This document shows, one piece after another, positions 19,776 to 29,098 of a stretch of 64,000 nt of DNA. How positions within the stretch are numbered: the stretch's first letter is position 1; each line of letters opens with the position of its first letter. The position numbers were made by a program, and so were the translations under genes. The notes under the pieces were generated by a model. The model searched no databases and had not been told where the DNA came from. It worked only from the letters and a program-made list of their open reading frames with translations. This stretch comes from an uncultured Desulfobacter sp. (lineage in GTDB: Bacteria > Desulfobacterota > Desulfobacteria > Desulfobacterales > Desulfobacteraceae), in NCBI GenBank assembly GCA_963665095.1, contig OY762069.1, positions 672,001 through 736,000 on the forward strand, in the 5' to 3' direction.

Positions 19776-20867
19776 ATGGCGGAATTATCTCAGATGCGTG
19801 TTCTGGTGGTGGATGACGTTGAAACCAATGTTGATATCCTTGTGGAGACCCTGGGGAATGATTACCGGGTCAGCGTGGCCATGGACGGTGAATCGGCCCT
19901 GGAAATTATTGAGGAAGATCCTCCGGATATTATCCTTATGGATATCATGATGCCCGGGATTAACGGATACGAGGTCTGTGCGCGACTGAAATCAAAAACA
20001 GCCACCCGGGATATCCCTGTGGTTTTTTTAACAGCACTGTCTGAAGAGGAAAACGAAGCCAAGGGGCTGGCCCTGGGGGCAGTGGATTACATCACAAAAC
20101 CCTTCAGGGCTGCGCTGGTCAAGGCCCGTGTGAAAAATCACCTGGAGCTGAAGCAGCACAAGGATCATCTGGAAAATCTGGTGGCCCGGCGTACCAGGGA
20201 GGTTTTGTTAACCCAGGAAATCAGCATGGAAAGTATTGGCACCCTGGCTGAGTTCAGGGATCCTGAAACCGGAGGGCATATCAAGCGCACCCAGCATTAT
20301 ATTAAAGCGCTTGCCGATCAACTTAAACTTCTGCCCAGGTATAGCTCCATGCTCAATGAAGAGATCATAGACAGAATATATAAATGCGCACCCTTGCATG
20401 ACATCGGGAAAGTGGCCATACCCGATGCCATACTTAAAAAACCGGGGAAGCTGACTGAAGATGAATTCAACGTGATGAAAACCCATACCATCCATGGGTA
20501 TGAGGTGCTGCTCTCCGGTAAAACCCGTCTGGACACCGGGGCCTACCTGAAATGTGCCGGCTCCATTGCCCTGACTCACCATGAAAAGTGGGACGGGTCA
20601 GGTTATCCCCGGGGGCTTTCAGGGGATAACATTCCTGTGGAGGGGCGGCTGATGGCCATTGCCGATGTCTATGATGCACTGGTCTCCAGGCGGGTGTATA
20701 AGCCGCCGTTGCCCCATTCAAAAGCCATGTCCATTATCCTTGATGGCAGAGCACACCATTTTGATCCTGAAATGGTGGATGTGTTTGAACGCCAGGGTGA
20801 AGCATTCAGGGCCATTGCCATAGAATTTGCAGACCATGAAGATGAAATCAAAACCTTGCAGTGCTGA
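19776..20867 (+). CDS. REC + HD-GYP cyclic di-GMP phosphodiesterase response regulator (RpfG-like)
   Basis: REC DIMMP; HDIGKV, HHEKWDGSGYP, ADVYDAL. Confidence 0.92.
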   Translation: MAELSQMRVLVVDDVETNVDILVETLGNDYRVSVAMDGESALEIIEEDPPDIILMDIMMPGINGYEVCARLKSKTATRDIPVVFLTALSEEENEAKGLALGAVDYITKPFRAALVKARVKNHLELKQHKDHLENLVARRTREVLLTQEISMESIGTLAEFRDPETGGHIKRTQHYIKALADQLKLLPRYSSMLNEEIIDRIYKCAPLHDIGKVAIPDAILKKPGKLTEDEFNVMKTHTIHGYEVLLSGKTRLDTGAYLKCAGSIALTHHEKWDGSGYPRGLSGDNIPVEGRLMAIADVYDALVSRRVYKPPLPHSKAMSIILDGRAHHFDPEMVDVFERQGEAFRAIAIEFADHEDEIKTLQC

Positions 20868-20889
20868 CTGCCATAAAAATAAGGGGTAG

Positions 20890-22068
20890 GTGATGGAGCA
20901 GGGCGTTGTACATGAACAGGCGGTGATGGTGGTTGAAGATTGCGAGCCTGATATTGATGCACTGGTAGCCTGTTTAAGCGGTAATTACAAGATTCAGGTG
21001 GCAACTGACGGGGAGAGTGCCCTTTCAAGCATGCGGCAGAATGTACCTGACATGGTGCTTCTGGACATTTTGATGCCCGGCATGGACGGATTTGAGGTGT
21101 GCCGGCAGATTAAGGCAGACCCTGCCCTGCAGGATGTGCTGGTTATCTTTGTCACCAGCCTGACTGAGGAGGTGGATGAAACCAGGGGGCTGGAAATGGG
21201 CGCTGTGGACTATATCACCAAGCCGTTTAACTTTGCTGTGATCCGCGCCAAGGTGAAGACCCACCTTGAGCTGGCCATGGCCAGAAAGGAGCTGGCATAC
21301 CAGAATCAAATCCTTAAAGAAAATATTGAACTGCGGGAACAGGTGGATCAGATTTATCGTCATGATTTGAAAACCCCGATTCAGACAGTGCTTGGAGCTG
21401 CCCAGATCATGCAAACCTCACGGACGCTTGACGAAAATAGACAAAAGTGGCTGGTACAGGAGCAGATCAACGCCTGCTTTAACATGATTGACATGCTTAA
21501 CCGCACCATGATGCTTTATAAAATGGAAAAGGATGCCTGCCCTCTGAATGTGACCCGTGTGGATGTGATGCCGGTTTTTGATCGGATTTTCATGGCGTTT
21601 TCCAAACGGATGTCCAAAAGAGGCATCCAGGCAGGCGTTTCTATGAATGGCGCACTGGTTCACTCCGGTCAGAAGTACATGATTTCCTGCGATGAAATGC
21701 TTTTCTACATCATGATGACCAACCTGTTTCAAAATGCCCTGGATGCTTCCCCAAACAACGCCACCATTGATATCAGAATTCAAGACCGGGAACGGGAATA
21801 TATTGAAATTGAGATGGAAAACCAGGGCCTTATCCCGAAGTCGATTCGTGACCGTTTTTTTGAAAAGTTTGTCACCCATGGGAAAGCCAATGGCACGGGG
21901 ATCGGAACCTATTCAGCCATGCTTACAGCTAAGCTGCATGGCGGCAGCATTGACTTTTTTTTATCCGAATTGAATAACACAACCCGTATCCGTGTATCTC
22001 TTCCCAAGGACCCACCAGGCTGTCCTTTTGAAAATAATGATGTTGATAAGGGATCGTCATTTTCATGA
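20890..22068 (+). CDS. REC-HisKA-HATPase hybrid response regulator/kinase
   Basis: DILMP receiver; HDLKTP; NLFQNA; GTGIGTYSA. Confidence 0.88.
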   Translation: MMEQGVVHEQAVMVVEDCEPDIDALVACLSGNYKIQVATDGESALSSMRQNVPDMVLLDILMPGMDGFEVCRQIKADPALQDVLVIFVTSLTEEVDETRGLEMGAVDYITKPFNFAVIRAKVKTHLELAMARKELAYQNQILKENIELREQVDQIYRHDLKTPIQTVLGAAQIMQTSRTLDENRQKWLVQEQINACFNMIDMLNRTMMLYKMEKDACPLNVTRVDVMPVFDRIFMAFSKRMSKRGIQAGVSMNGALVHSGQKYMISCDEMLFYIMMTNLFQNALDASPNNATIDIRIQDREREYIEIEMENQGLIPKSIRDRFFEKFVTHGKANGTGIGTYSAMLTAKLHGGSIDFFLSELNNTTRIRVSLPKDPPGCPFENNDVDKGSSFS

Positions 22069-22112
22069 AGCACACTGCTTTTTAAACGTGTTAGGAAGAT
22101 CAAAATAAAACA

Positions 22113-22140
22113 GCCGGCAGTTTGAAATAAAACTGCCGGC
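22113..22140 (-). terminator. Intrinsic terminator hairpin between convergent genes
   Basis: GCCGGCAGTTT-6 nt-AAACTGCCGGC, followed on the minus strand by TGTTTTATTTT. Confidence 0.75.
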
Positions 22141-22166
22141 CATTAGTGATGTCTTTTACCGCTTTA

Positions 22167-23492
22167 CTACATAGCGGTTTCCGGATGGAAAACGTTTACC
22201 TCTTTGAGATCATCTCCAAGGTATTCTCTTTCATTGGGGCCAAGAATACCTAAAGACAGACAGAGCAGGGTCCACAGATGAACAACGCCGTAATGTGCTT
22301 CGTAATGTTCGGAAAGCTCATGGATCTGGGCATGGCAGTTGTGACAGGCGGCAATGCAATAATCTGCACCAGTCGCCTGGATCTGCTGGTCTTTTGTTTT
22401 TCCGTAGGTCAGGCGTTCGTCTTTAAAGCCTGACTGGAGAAATCCGCCGCCACCGCCGCAACAATAGTTATTGGAACGGTTGGGCTGCATATCAATGAAG
22501 TTTTCTTCTCCCACAATGGATTTCACAACAAAACGCAGATCGTCGGCAATGGGGTCGCCATAGCTCTTCCTGACGATCTGGCAGGGATCCTGTACCGTAA
22601 ATTTAATCTTCAGGTCTTTGTTCCAGTCGGAGCTGGGTTTCAGCCGACCTTCACGGATCCATTTTGCATAGTATTCGTAAATATTTTTAATTTCTAAACC
22701 ATCAGTATCAAGATTGAATTTTTTCGCTCCGGCCCGGACCGAGTAAGTTACGTGCCCTCACTCGGTATTGAGGTACGTCTTACACCCCAACTTTCTTGCC
22801 TGATTGATACTGGTGGATGTCAGATGTTTCCAGGACTCGTCATCGGCCAGAAACATGCAGTAGTTTTCACCGCCCCATCCCTTGGAACCGTAGGTCCAGT
22901 TGATGCCGGCTGTGTGAAGAATTTTCCATAAGGGGACCATCTCGTCCGGTTCGGTGACTGGTTCCCTGGAGTTCTGGTTAAGGAAAAATTCAGCCCCTTC
23001 CTTGTCTATGGGTGCTTCCATCTCTTCGAATTCGGGCTGGGCTTCCTGATACTCTTCCAGGACATCCCCAACCACAAATTCAAAATCTTCTTCGCTGGTC
23101 CCCATGGCAGAGCCGGTATCGTTTTTCAAAGCGGCATCACAGGAGCCCAGAATTCCTCTGGGGCGTTCTTCCCTGGGTCTTAAGGCCCGTGCGTTGAAAA
23201 CAAGCTGGGGAATATCAATTTTCATGGGGCAGACATAGATACAGCGCATGCACATGGTACACATCCAGGGCCAGTCAGATGCGGCAATCTCTTCATCCAT
23301 GCCCAGGGCAGCCATGCGTAAGAATTTTCTGGGGTCCATATCTGCCAGCCCGGTGGCCGGGCAGCCTGATGAGCAGGCGCCGCAGGTCAGGCAGGCATTG
23401 AGATTTCCACCCTCGGGCAGAATCTCTTTAACCTTGTCAATAAAAGTAGAGGCCTTTTTCCTTCGGCCCAGTTTGATGACACTTTCTGCCAT
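22167..23492 (-). CDS. Fe-S oxidoreductase, 4Fe-4S dicluster + CCG domains (HdrC/HdrD, GlpC-like), probable selenoprotein
   Basis: CLTCGACSSGCP and CTMCMRCIYVCP; in-frame TGA at 22758-22760 in NTE*GH joins ORFs 22758..23510 and 22167..22526 into one frame ending in DPCQ...CCGGGGG...CHNC; ATG 23492 follows AAAGGA. Confidence 0.85.
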
Positions 23493-23975
23493 GTCGCTTC
23501 CTTTCTTCAATACAGTTAAAGGGTAACAATCGGCCTGTTAATCTTAGTCGTGGGTTCCCATAATGACATAGATATTGATGACTTGGATATCACCTTGATA
23601 GTCAGTACAGGTGCCGCAATCGACAAATGTAAATTTTTTCAAACGGGTTTCCCCATATTCTTACAGCAGGGGTGAGTATTTTCTAACAACCTGAATACAC
23701 ACGGCATAACTTGTATCAATAGAAACCTTTTACCCTGCAGGTGGAAAACTATAGCAAATAATAATATTGAATTCAATTGCTTGATCAAAATTTGCTTCAT
23801 CCAGTTCCTGGTACCTGGTTTTTAAGGTACGTTCAGATAGGCTGGCAGCCTTTTTCAGGCCTGCCGGAAGGCTGAAAGTCCCATGGAAAAAATTACTTCC
23901 ATGCACCTGGGGGATAGGTTAGTATGTTGAAGTTTAAAAAACGTAGCCCTGATTTACTAACCGGACCTGAAAATT

Positions 23976-24863
23976 GTGGAGCGCAGATATTTTTTAAAAC
24001 TTACCGGATCAGCCGTTTTAAGCGGCCTGCTCCTGCCGTTGCCCCCTGGAGTTAAAAATGCCCTGGCCTGGCGGCACCCTGTTCCATCCGGTCTGGTTTC
24101 AGATCACGGTGTTAAGGATGCCTTGGACCCCCCATCTTCTTCCCGGGCACAACGGACGATCAAGACATGTTTTTTTAACCGGCATTATCAGGACGATCTG
24201 TTTTTATCCACCGATGAAATGCCGCTTTTGTTGTCAAGCCTTGGTCGCTTTAAACGTGTCCAGAGAACGATTGGTCACGGCAACTTTTGTCTTGCCGGGT
24301 TTGATGATGCCCTTTCCTGTGCCAGATCCTACAGCAGGGTCGGATCATTTACCCGGCAGGAGATTGATTTCCTGGAGAAACTGTTTCACCGGTCTGCTGC
24401 AGATTATGGCTTCATGGGAAAAAAAACAGTTGACCGGATAACCTGGCAGGTCCCGGTTGATCAAACTGTTAAAATTCATGGTACAGGCAATTATTTATTC
24501 AAAGGCAGCCCTGAAGCCTTATACCGGGATATTTGCAGGAAAATCGGGCCGGATGCTGTCCTGACCTCGGGGATCCGAGGGGTGAGCAAGCAGTTTCTGC
24601 TCTTTATGGACAAGGCGGCAGACAGTCAGGGCAACCTCTCCATGGCATCACGTTCCCTGGCCCCCCCGGGATACTCCTTTCATGCCACCGGAGACTTTGA
24701 CATGGGGGAAAAGGGATTCGGGGTTGATAATTTTACTGAAAAATTTACAAGGACCCGAGTATACAACCAGCTCTCTGACCTGGGCTATATTAAATTCAGG
24801 TATGGCCCCAATAACCACCTTGGGGTAAGATTTGAACCCTGGCATGTTGAAGTGGCGTCCTGA
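23976..24863 (+). CDS. M15B (VanY-like) D-Ala-D-Ala carboxypeptidase-family protein with Tat signal
   Basis: RRYFLK twin-arginine; SGIR, APPGYSFHATGDFD (SxHxxxxxxD), FEPWH. Confidence 0.82.
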   Translation: MERRYFLKLTGSAVLSGLLLPLPPGVKNALAWRHPVPSGLVSDHGVKDALDPPSSSRAQRTIKTCFFNRHYQDDLFLSTDEMPLLLSSLGRFKRVQRTIGHGNFCLAGFDDALSCARSYSRVGSFTRQEIDFLEKLFHRSAADYGFMGKKTVDRITWQVPVDQTVKIHGTGNYLFKGSPEALYRDICRKIGPDAVLTSGIRGVSKQFLLFMDKAADSQGNLSMASRSLAPPGYSFHATGDFDMGEKGFGVDNFTEKFTRTRVYNQLSDLGYIKFRYGPNNHLGVRFEPWHVEVAS

Positions 24864-24922
24864 CGCTACTCGAATTCTGGCCCCCTCCGCGGTTTAAAGC
24901 CGGAGAGGGGACCTGAGCGCAA

Positions 24923-25807
24923 TTATTTTGCTTTTTTAAAGGTCAGAAAAGGACAAAGTTTACAAATATCAAATCCAGGATAGGTTTCGCCGGTGCGCGG
25001 GAAGGAGACTCCGCCGTCCCTGATGGTTCTTTCCAGCATCCAGTGGACGGTTGGTTCCATTTGTGTATATGGCATAATCCAGTTCACCTCTCCCTGCTCT
25101 GTTTTGCCGGCAGTATAACTGCTGCTGCACATTTGGGTAATGTTGAATTTCTGCATCACATGACATTGAACGCACCCGTGACAGATGGAGGAATTCATGG
25201 TCATGATCGTTTGGAGAGGATGATTGTCAAAGGCCGCATTCCAGTCATTTCCCAGATGGTATGATTGCAGCACATCGCACATGCCATGGATCAGGTCCGG
25301 TGTAAACGGGGCTTTATGCAAAGGCGCCGTGGCAAAGGCAAGGGGAGATTCGGGCAGCCGTTTTTTTGTTTTTATAAACCGCTCTGCCTGTTCCCTGTCC
25401 TTGGTGTACTTTAAATGGCTTTTTATTTCAGACTCATCCATCTCCTTCCACTTTAAAACAAATTTTGCATTGCCGCATCCCATTTTATCTTCTGTGCCGA
25501 GAAGAATATCCCCCCGCTGCCGGGAAGCCGCAACATATGCGCAAAATGTTATCGCTTTAATCGCGGTTTTATATTCTACATTATTTTTAAACTCATCCAG
25601 TTCGGCCTGGTCAAAAAAGTATTTAACTGCCACGGGATAGTATTTCATTTTCAGGATATTTCGAAGGGCAAAAACAATATCTGAGTTTGAAAGTGTTCCT
25701 CCGTTCTGGTCCGCGTTTTCCAGAAGCCGTTTGGCCAGTTCTACATCATCCATGTACATTGCGGTATTGATACCTGTTTCTGCCTGAGTGTTATTGTTTT
25801 TAGCCAT
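24923..25807 (-). CDS. DUF169-family Cys-rich protein
   Basis: LKMKYYPVAVKYF, FCAYVAASR, MGCGNAKFVL, APLHKAPFTPD pattern typical of DUF169. Confidence 0.7.
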   Translation of the reverse strand: MAKNNNTQAETGINTAMYMDDVELAKRLLENADQNGGTLSNSDIVFALRNILKMKYYPVAVKYFFDQAELDEFKNNVEYKTAIKAITFCAYVAASRQRGDILLGTEDKMGCGNAKFVLKWKEMDESEIKSHLKYTKDREQAERFIKTKKRLPESPLAFATAPLHKAPFTPDLIHGMCDVLQSYHLGNDWNAAFDNHPLQTIMTMNSSICHGCVQCHVMQKFNITQMCSSSYTAGKTEQGEVNWIMPYTQMEPTVHWMLERTIRDGGVSFPRTGETYPGFDICKLCPFLTFKKAK

Positions 25808-25922
25808 GCATCTCTCCCTATGTTGAAATTGAAAGCCCTTGTTTCTATAAATATAAAATTAAGAGCTTTTTAATGAATCTGAAAAAGCCGAAAACGACTT
25901 CCCTGTGTACGGCCAACATGTC

Positions 25923-25938
25923 TGCACTATTTATACCA
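25923..25938 (-). promoter_or_regulatory. Putative sigma54 (-24/-12) promoter of the DUF169 gene
   Basis: Minus strand TGGTATAAATAGTGCA, correct GG-N10-GC spacing. Confidence 0.55.
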
Positions 25939-26050
25939 TTGGTAAATACAAATAGCAGGATAAAGGGTCTGAAACCCGGCCAATAATTGTTTCCGAAATT
26001 TTTATGCATCTTTGTCAGGTTTTTCCGGGATGACGGCTGCCGGGGAGAGT

Positions 26051-26232
26051 TGCAGTATTTTTATTGCAGGGCTCCCCTTAATGCCATAAAAAATCTGCGG
26101 CGAAAAATATGTACCTATACCAAAGCGCTGCTGCATGCCTGACCAAAGTCCGGGCGCTTGTTCCTTTTGCATGAAGATATGCAATAAAAAAAATGCGGCG
26201 CAATGTTTTTATTGCGCAGTATTTTTCTGCCA
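26051..26232. promoter_or_regulatory. Cluster of putative bEBP upstream activator sites
   Basis: TGCAGTATTTTTATTGCA (26051), TGCAATAAAAAAAATGCG (26180), GCGCAATGTTTTTATTGCGC (26198), GCGCAGTATTTTTCTGCCA (26214), lying between two divergent sigma54-like promoters. Confidence 0.55.
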
Positions 26233-26414
26233 AATTCCCATTTTAGATTTCTGTGCATGCGTAACTAATTGATTTTAAATAATTATATCTGTTTTTTGAA
26301 ATATCACACTTAAGAAATGTTTTACAGGTTCGGAAAACAGGGCATGCGAATAGTTGTTAATTTTATATTACATTTCAATATATTGACACAAATCAGGCCC
26401 GGGGATGCCTTCCA

Positions 26415-26430
26415 TGGCATGGTTATGGCT
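26415..26430 (+). promoter_or_regulatory. Putative sigma54 promoter of the TauE operon
   Basis: TGGCATGGTTATGGCT, GG-N10-GC; AT-rich tract upstream. Confidence 0.55.
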
Positions 26431-26603
26431 ATGACTTAAAGGCCCAAGGGATGAAAACGTTAAGAGATGGTTTGTGGTTCTGGTGCAGGAAGGATTTTTA
26501 AGTTCCCCATGGAAACCGGAAAATTAAAGGCCTTTGCACTGGCAGGATAATGACCCGGGATGTTCGAAAATACCGGACACCCTTATTATTGAGGAGAAGA
26601 GGT

Positions 26604-27746
26604 ATGAAGTTGAAGTTCAAATGGTTTGTTTTATTTCTGGCGGCAGCCGCGCTGATTCTGCCACTTATGGCAGCAACACCCGTTATGGCGGATCAATTGG
26701 CCGATGCCATTGCGGCCGTCCCGCAGGGCACAGGACCCGGTCAGATTGACCCTTCGGCTCCTGCTGGGATTTTCGGCATTCCTGGAGCACCTTCGCCGGG
26801 TCTTTTGCTCTGCTTCTGCTGGGCGATCTGGGTGGGCTGGATTTTTTCCACAGTGGGGGCGTTCGGCGGTATCATGGCCGGCGTGGGGCATATCTCCATT
26901 TATGGGATGGGACCTTATGCTAAAACCTTTAAAGACACCTCCCCCACGGTGAACAAGATGCTCACCGACAGTATCCGGGTCTCCAACCAGTGGCTGGTGG
27001 GACTGTCTGCCCTGGTGTCAAGTTTCAATTACGGCAAGCAGAAACGCCTGGTAACCTCTCTGGGGATTTTCATGGGTGCCGGTGCCCTGTTTGCCACCCT
27101 TCTGGTGGTGTTCACCACGGCCGGTAAGGTGAAGTTTTCCCAGTATCAGGGGTGGTTCGGTCTGTGCGTATTCCTGATTTTTGCCTTCATGGTCTACGAA
27201 ATGTCCCCCAAGGGCCAGGCTTCTAAAAAGTCCGCCAAAGCAGCAGCCAAAGCCTTTGAAGATACGGTGAAAAACAAGGGCCAGATTGAGGACCAGGGCG
27301 TTAAAACCCTGAAATGGAGTTTTGCCAAAACAGAAATTTCGTTTTTCGGACAGCAGTTTTCTTTCAGCCCTGTCTGGGCTTTTTTTGGCGGCTTCTGCAT
27401 CTCTGCTCTGGCCTCCTTCATCGGTGTGGGTGGCGGCTTCCTCTATGTACCGTTTTTAACGAGTGTGGTGGGGCTGCCCATGTTTGTTGTGGCTGGCACA
27501 TCTGCCGTGGCGGTACTCATCGGAATGATCTTTTCCATCTTCAACTTCATGGTGCTCAAAGGCGTTATGGTCTACTGGCCCATGATCGGTATTGAGTTGT
27601 TAGGGGTTTTTGTGGGGTCCATGATTGGTCCGAGAACCGGAAAGTACATTCCTGAAAAGGTATTGAAATGGATCTTTCTGATCCTGGCCTTCTACATTGG
27701 TATCCGGTACACCCTGAGAGGTTTTTTCGGTATTGCAATGCTCTAA
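26604..27746 (+). CDS. Sulfite exporter TauE/SafE family membrane protein
   Basis: VGWIFSTVGAFGGIMAG and FIGVGGGFLYVPFL, AGTSA repeats; ATG 26604 follows GAGGAG...GAGG. Confidence 0.85.
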   Translation: MKLKFKWFVLFLAAAALILPLMAATPVMADQLADAIAAVPQGTGPGQIDPSAPAGIFGIPGAPSPGLLLCFCWAIWVGWIFSTVGAFGGIMAGVGHISIYGMGPYAKTFKDTSPTVNKMLTDSIRVSNQWLVGLSALVSSFNYGKQKRLVTSLGIFMGAGALFATLLVVFTTAGKVKFSQYQGWFGLCVFLIFAFMVYEMSPKGQASKKSAKAAAKAFEDTVKNKGQIEDQGVKTLKWSFAKTEISFFGQQFSFSPVWAFFGGFCISALASFIGVGGGFLYVPFLTSVVGLPMFVVAGTSAVAVLIGMIFSIFNFMVLKGVMVYWPMIGIELLGVFVGSMIGPRTGKYIPEKVLKWIFLILAFYIGIRYTLRGFFGIAML

Positions 27747-27787
27747 TTAATAGTTTTTTTAGCGAAGAGTCTGCCGCTGCCGTGTTA

Positions 27788-27844
27788 TATGAAAATCTGC
27801 AATTCTGACAACCGCGAGGGTGTTTAACGTTGCAGATTTTCATA
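27788..27844. repeat. 15-bp perfect inverted repeat (stem-loop) after tauE
   Basis: TATGAAAATCTGCAA (27788-27802) / TTGCAGATTTTCATA (27830-27844). Confidence 0.7.
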
Positions 27845-27947
27845 GGCCTTGCATCCGGGCAGCTCTTGGTTCAAACCCGATGGTGGGTTGACGTACGGAT
27901 TGTGTCCCGTCACGCAGCCTGATGTTTTAAAAACAGGAGAAGAAAAA

Positions 27948-28499
27948 ATGGTCACCACCTTTAATCAGTTTTACTATGCCATTGACTCGTACATTATCTA
28001 TTTCTACCGGGTTACCGGCATTGGCATGGTGGATTATATGATAGGGACCTTTTGTCTTTCCATGATCGCCGTGATGCTGGGGGAGCTGACCATCTCCCTT
28101 GCGTTACGCTTCAATACAGCCTATCTGACCGGGTTGTCCAATCAGATGAAAGAAAAGGAAACGCTTTCCATTCAGGCCTATGAATCCGGTAACATGGCCG
28201 GATATAAAGCGCTGAACAAAGAGGCCACCGATGCCTGGGGCCGAAAATTTTTTGCCATGATGGCCCATACCGCCGCTATTTTATGGCCGGTTCCCTTTGC
28301 CTTGGGCTGGATGCAGACCCGTTTTGCCGGCATTGAGTTCCCTATTTTATTTCCCTTTTCCCTGGTCACGGATTCCGTGGGGTATACATTCTCTTTTTTC
28401 CCGATTTATGTCCTGGCACGGATTGTTTTCGGAAAGTTAAGACCTCATCTGCCCTATTTTTCTTCGGTCCACCGTCGGTTGACCCGGCTTTCCGCCTGA
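27948..28499 (+). CDS. Hypothetical membrane protein
   Basis: ATG 27948 follows AGGAG; several hydrophobic segments; in TauE operon context. Confidence 0.7.
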   Translation: MVTTFNQFYYAIDSYIIYFYRVTGIGMVDYMIGTFCLSMIAVMLGELTISLALRFNTAYLTGLSNQMKEKETLSIQAYESGNMAGYKALNKEATDAWGRKFFAMMAHTAAILWPVPFALGWMQTRFAGIEFPILFPFSLVTDSVGYTFSFFPIYVLARIVFGKLRPHLPYFSSVHRRLTRLSA

Positions 28500-28621
28500 T
28501 TTTATTTTCCCAGAGGGGGCAGAAAAGAACCGGTTCCTGGTGTGTTCAGATGTTTTCCTGTTGAAACCAGCGGGTTCGGTTTCTATAATAGGTTTTTAAA
28601 AATCAAAGAGGCGATGCAGCT

Positions 28622-29098
28622 GTGAGATATGTTAAATTCTGGGTGGCACCGGTTCTGGCGCTGCCTTTTTTTCTTTTACCCGGGAATGCCTGGGCCCTTC
28701 AGCTCCATGCGGGATCAGAGGGAATTATCACCCACCAGATCGGGCACCTGTTTTTTCTTTTCTCCATGGTTGTCCTCATGTTCATCATCAGCGGCAAGGG
28801 ACTGGACAGCCAGAAAGGGTGGCGCCTGATCCAGATGGCTGCTTTTTTCTTCATCCTCTGGAACGGCTGCGCCATTACCGCCCACTTTCTGGACAACCAG
28901 ATCTATGCGGTCAGTGTAGAGCGCCTTTCCCATGCGGTTGCCAGAATCCGGGTTCAGAATAACTCAGGGCTTTTGGGCTGGCTGTATTACGGGCTCAAAC
29001 TGGATCACCTGCTCTGCGTACCGGCAATGACTCTATTGTACAAAGGGCTTTCCTGCCTGGTTGACGAACAAAAAAAAATTAAAGGGGACCGGCCGTGA
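28622..29098 (+). CDS. Hypothetical membrane protein, His-containing TM helices
   Basis: Signal-like N-terminus, HQIGH, TAHFLD, KLDHLL; GTGA overlap with the kinase gene. Confidence 0.7.
   Translation: MRYVKFWVAPVLALPFFLLPGNAWALQLHAGSEGIITHQIGHLFFLFSMVVLMFIISGKGLDSQKGWRLIQMAAFFFILWNGCAITAHFLDNQIYAVSVERLSHAVARIRVQNNSGLLGWLYYGLKLDHLLCVPAMTLLYKGLSCLVDEQKKIKGDRP

Noticed and set aside
22167..23510. Two separate genes or a pseudogene
   Set aside because: The single TGA falls on the conserved ECGH cysteine and the frame is continuous, which Sec recoding explains better.
25160..25190. CxxCH (CVQCH) haem c motif in the DUF169 protein
   Set aside because: No signal peptide, so c-type haem attachment is unlikely; probably metal-binding cysteines.
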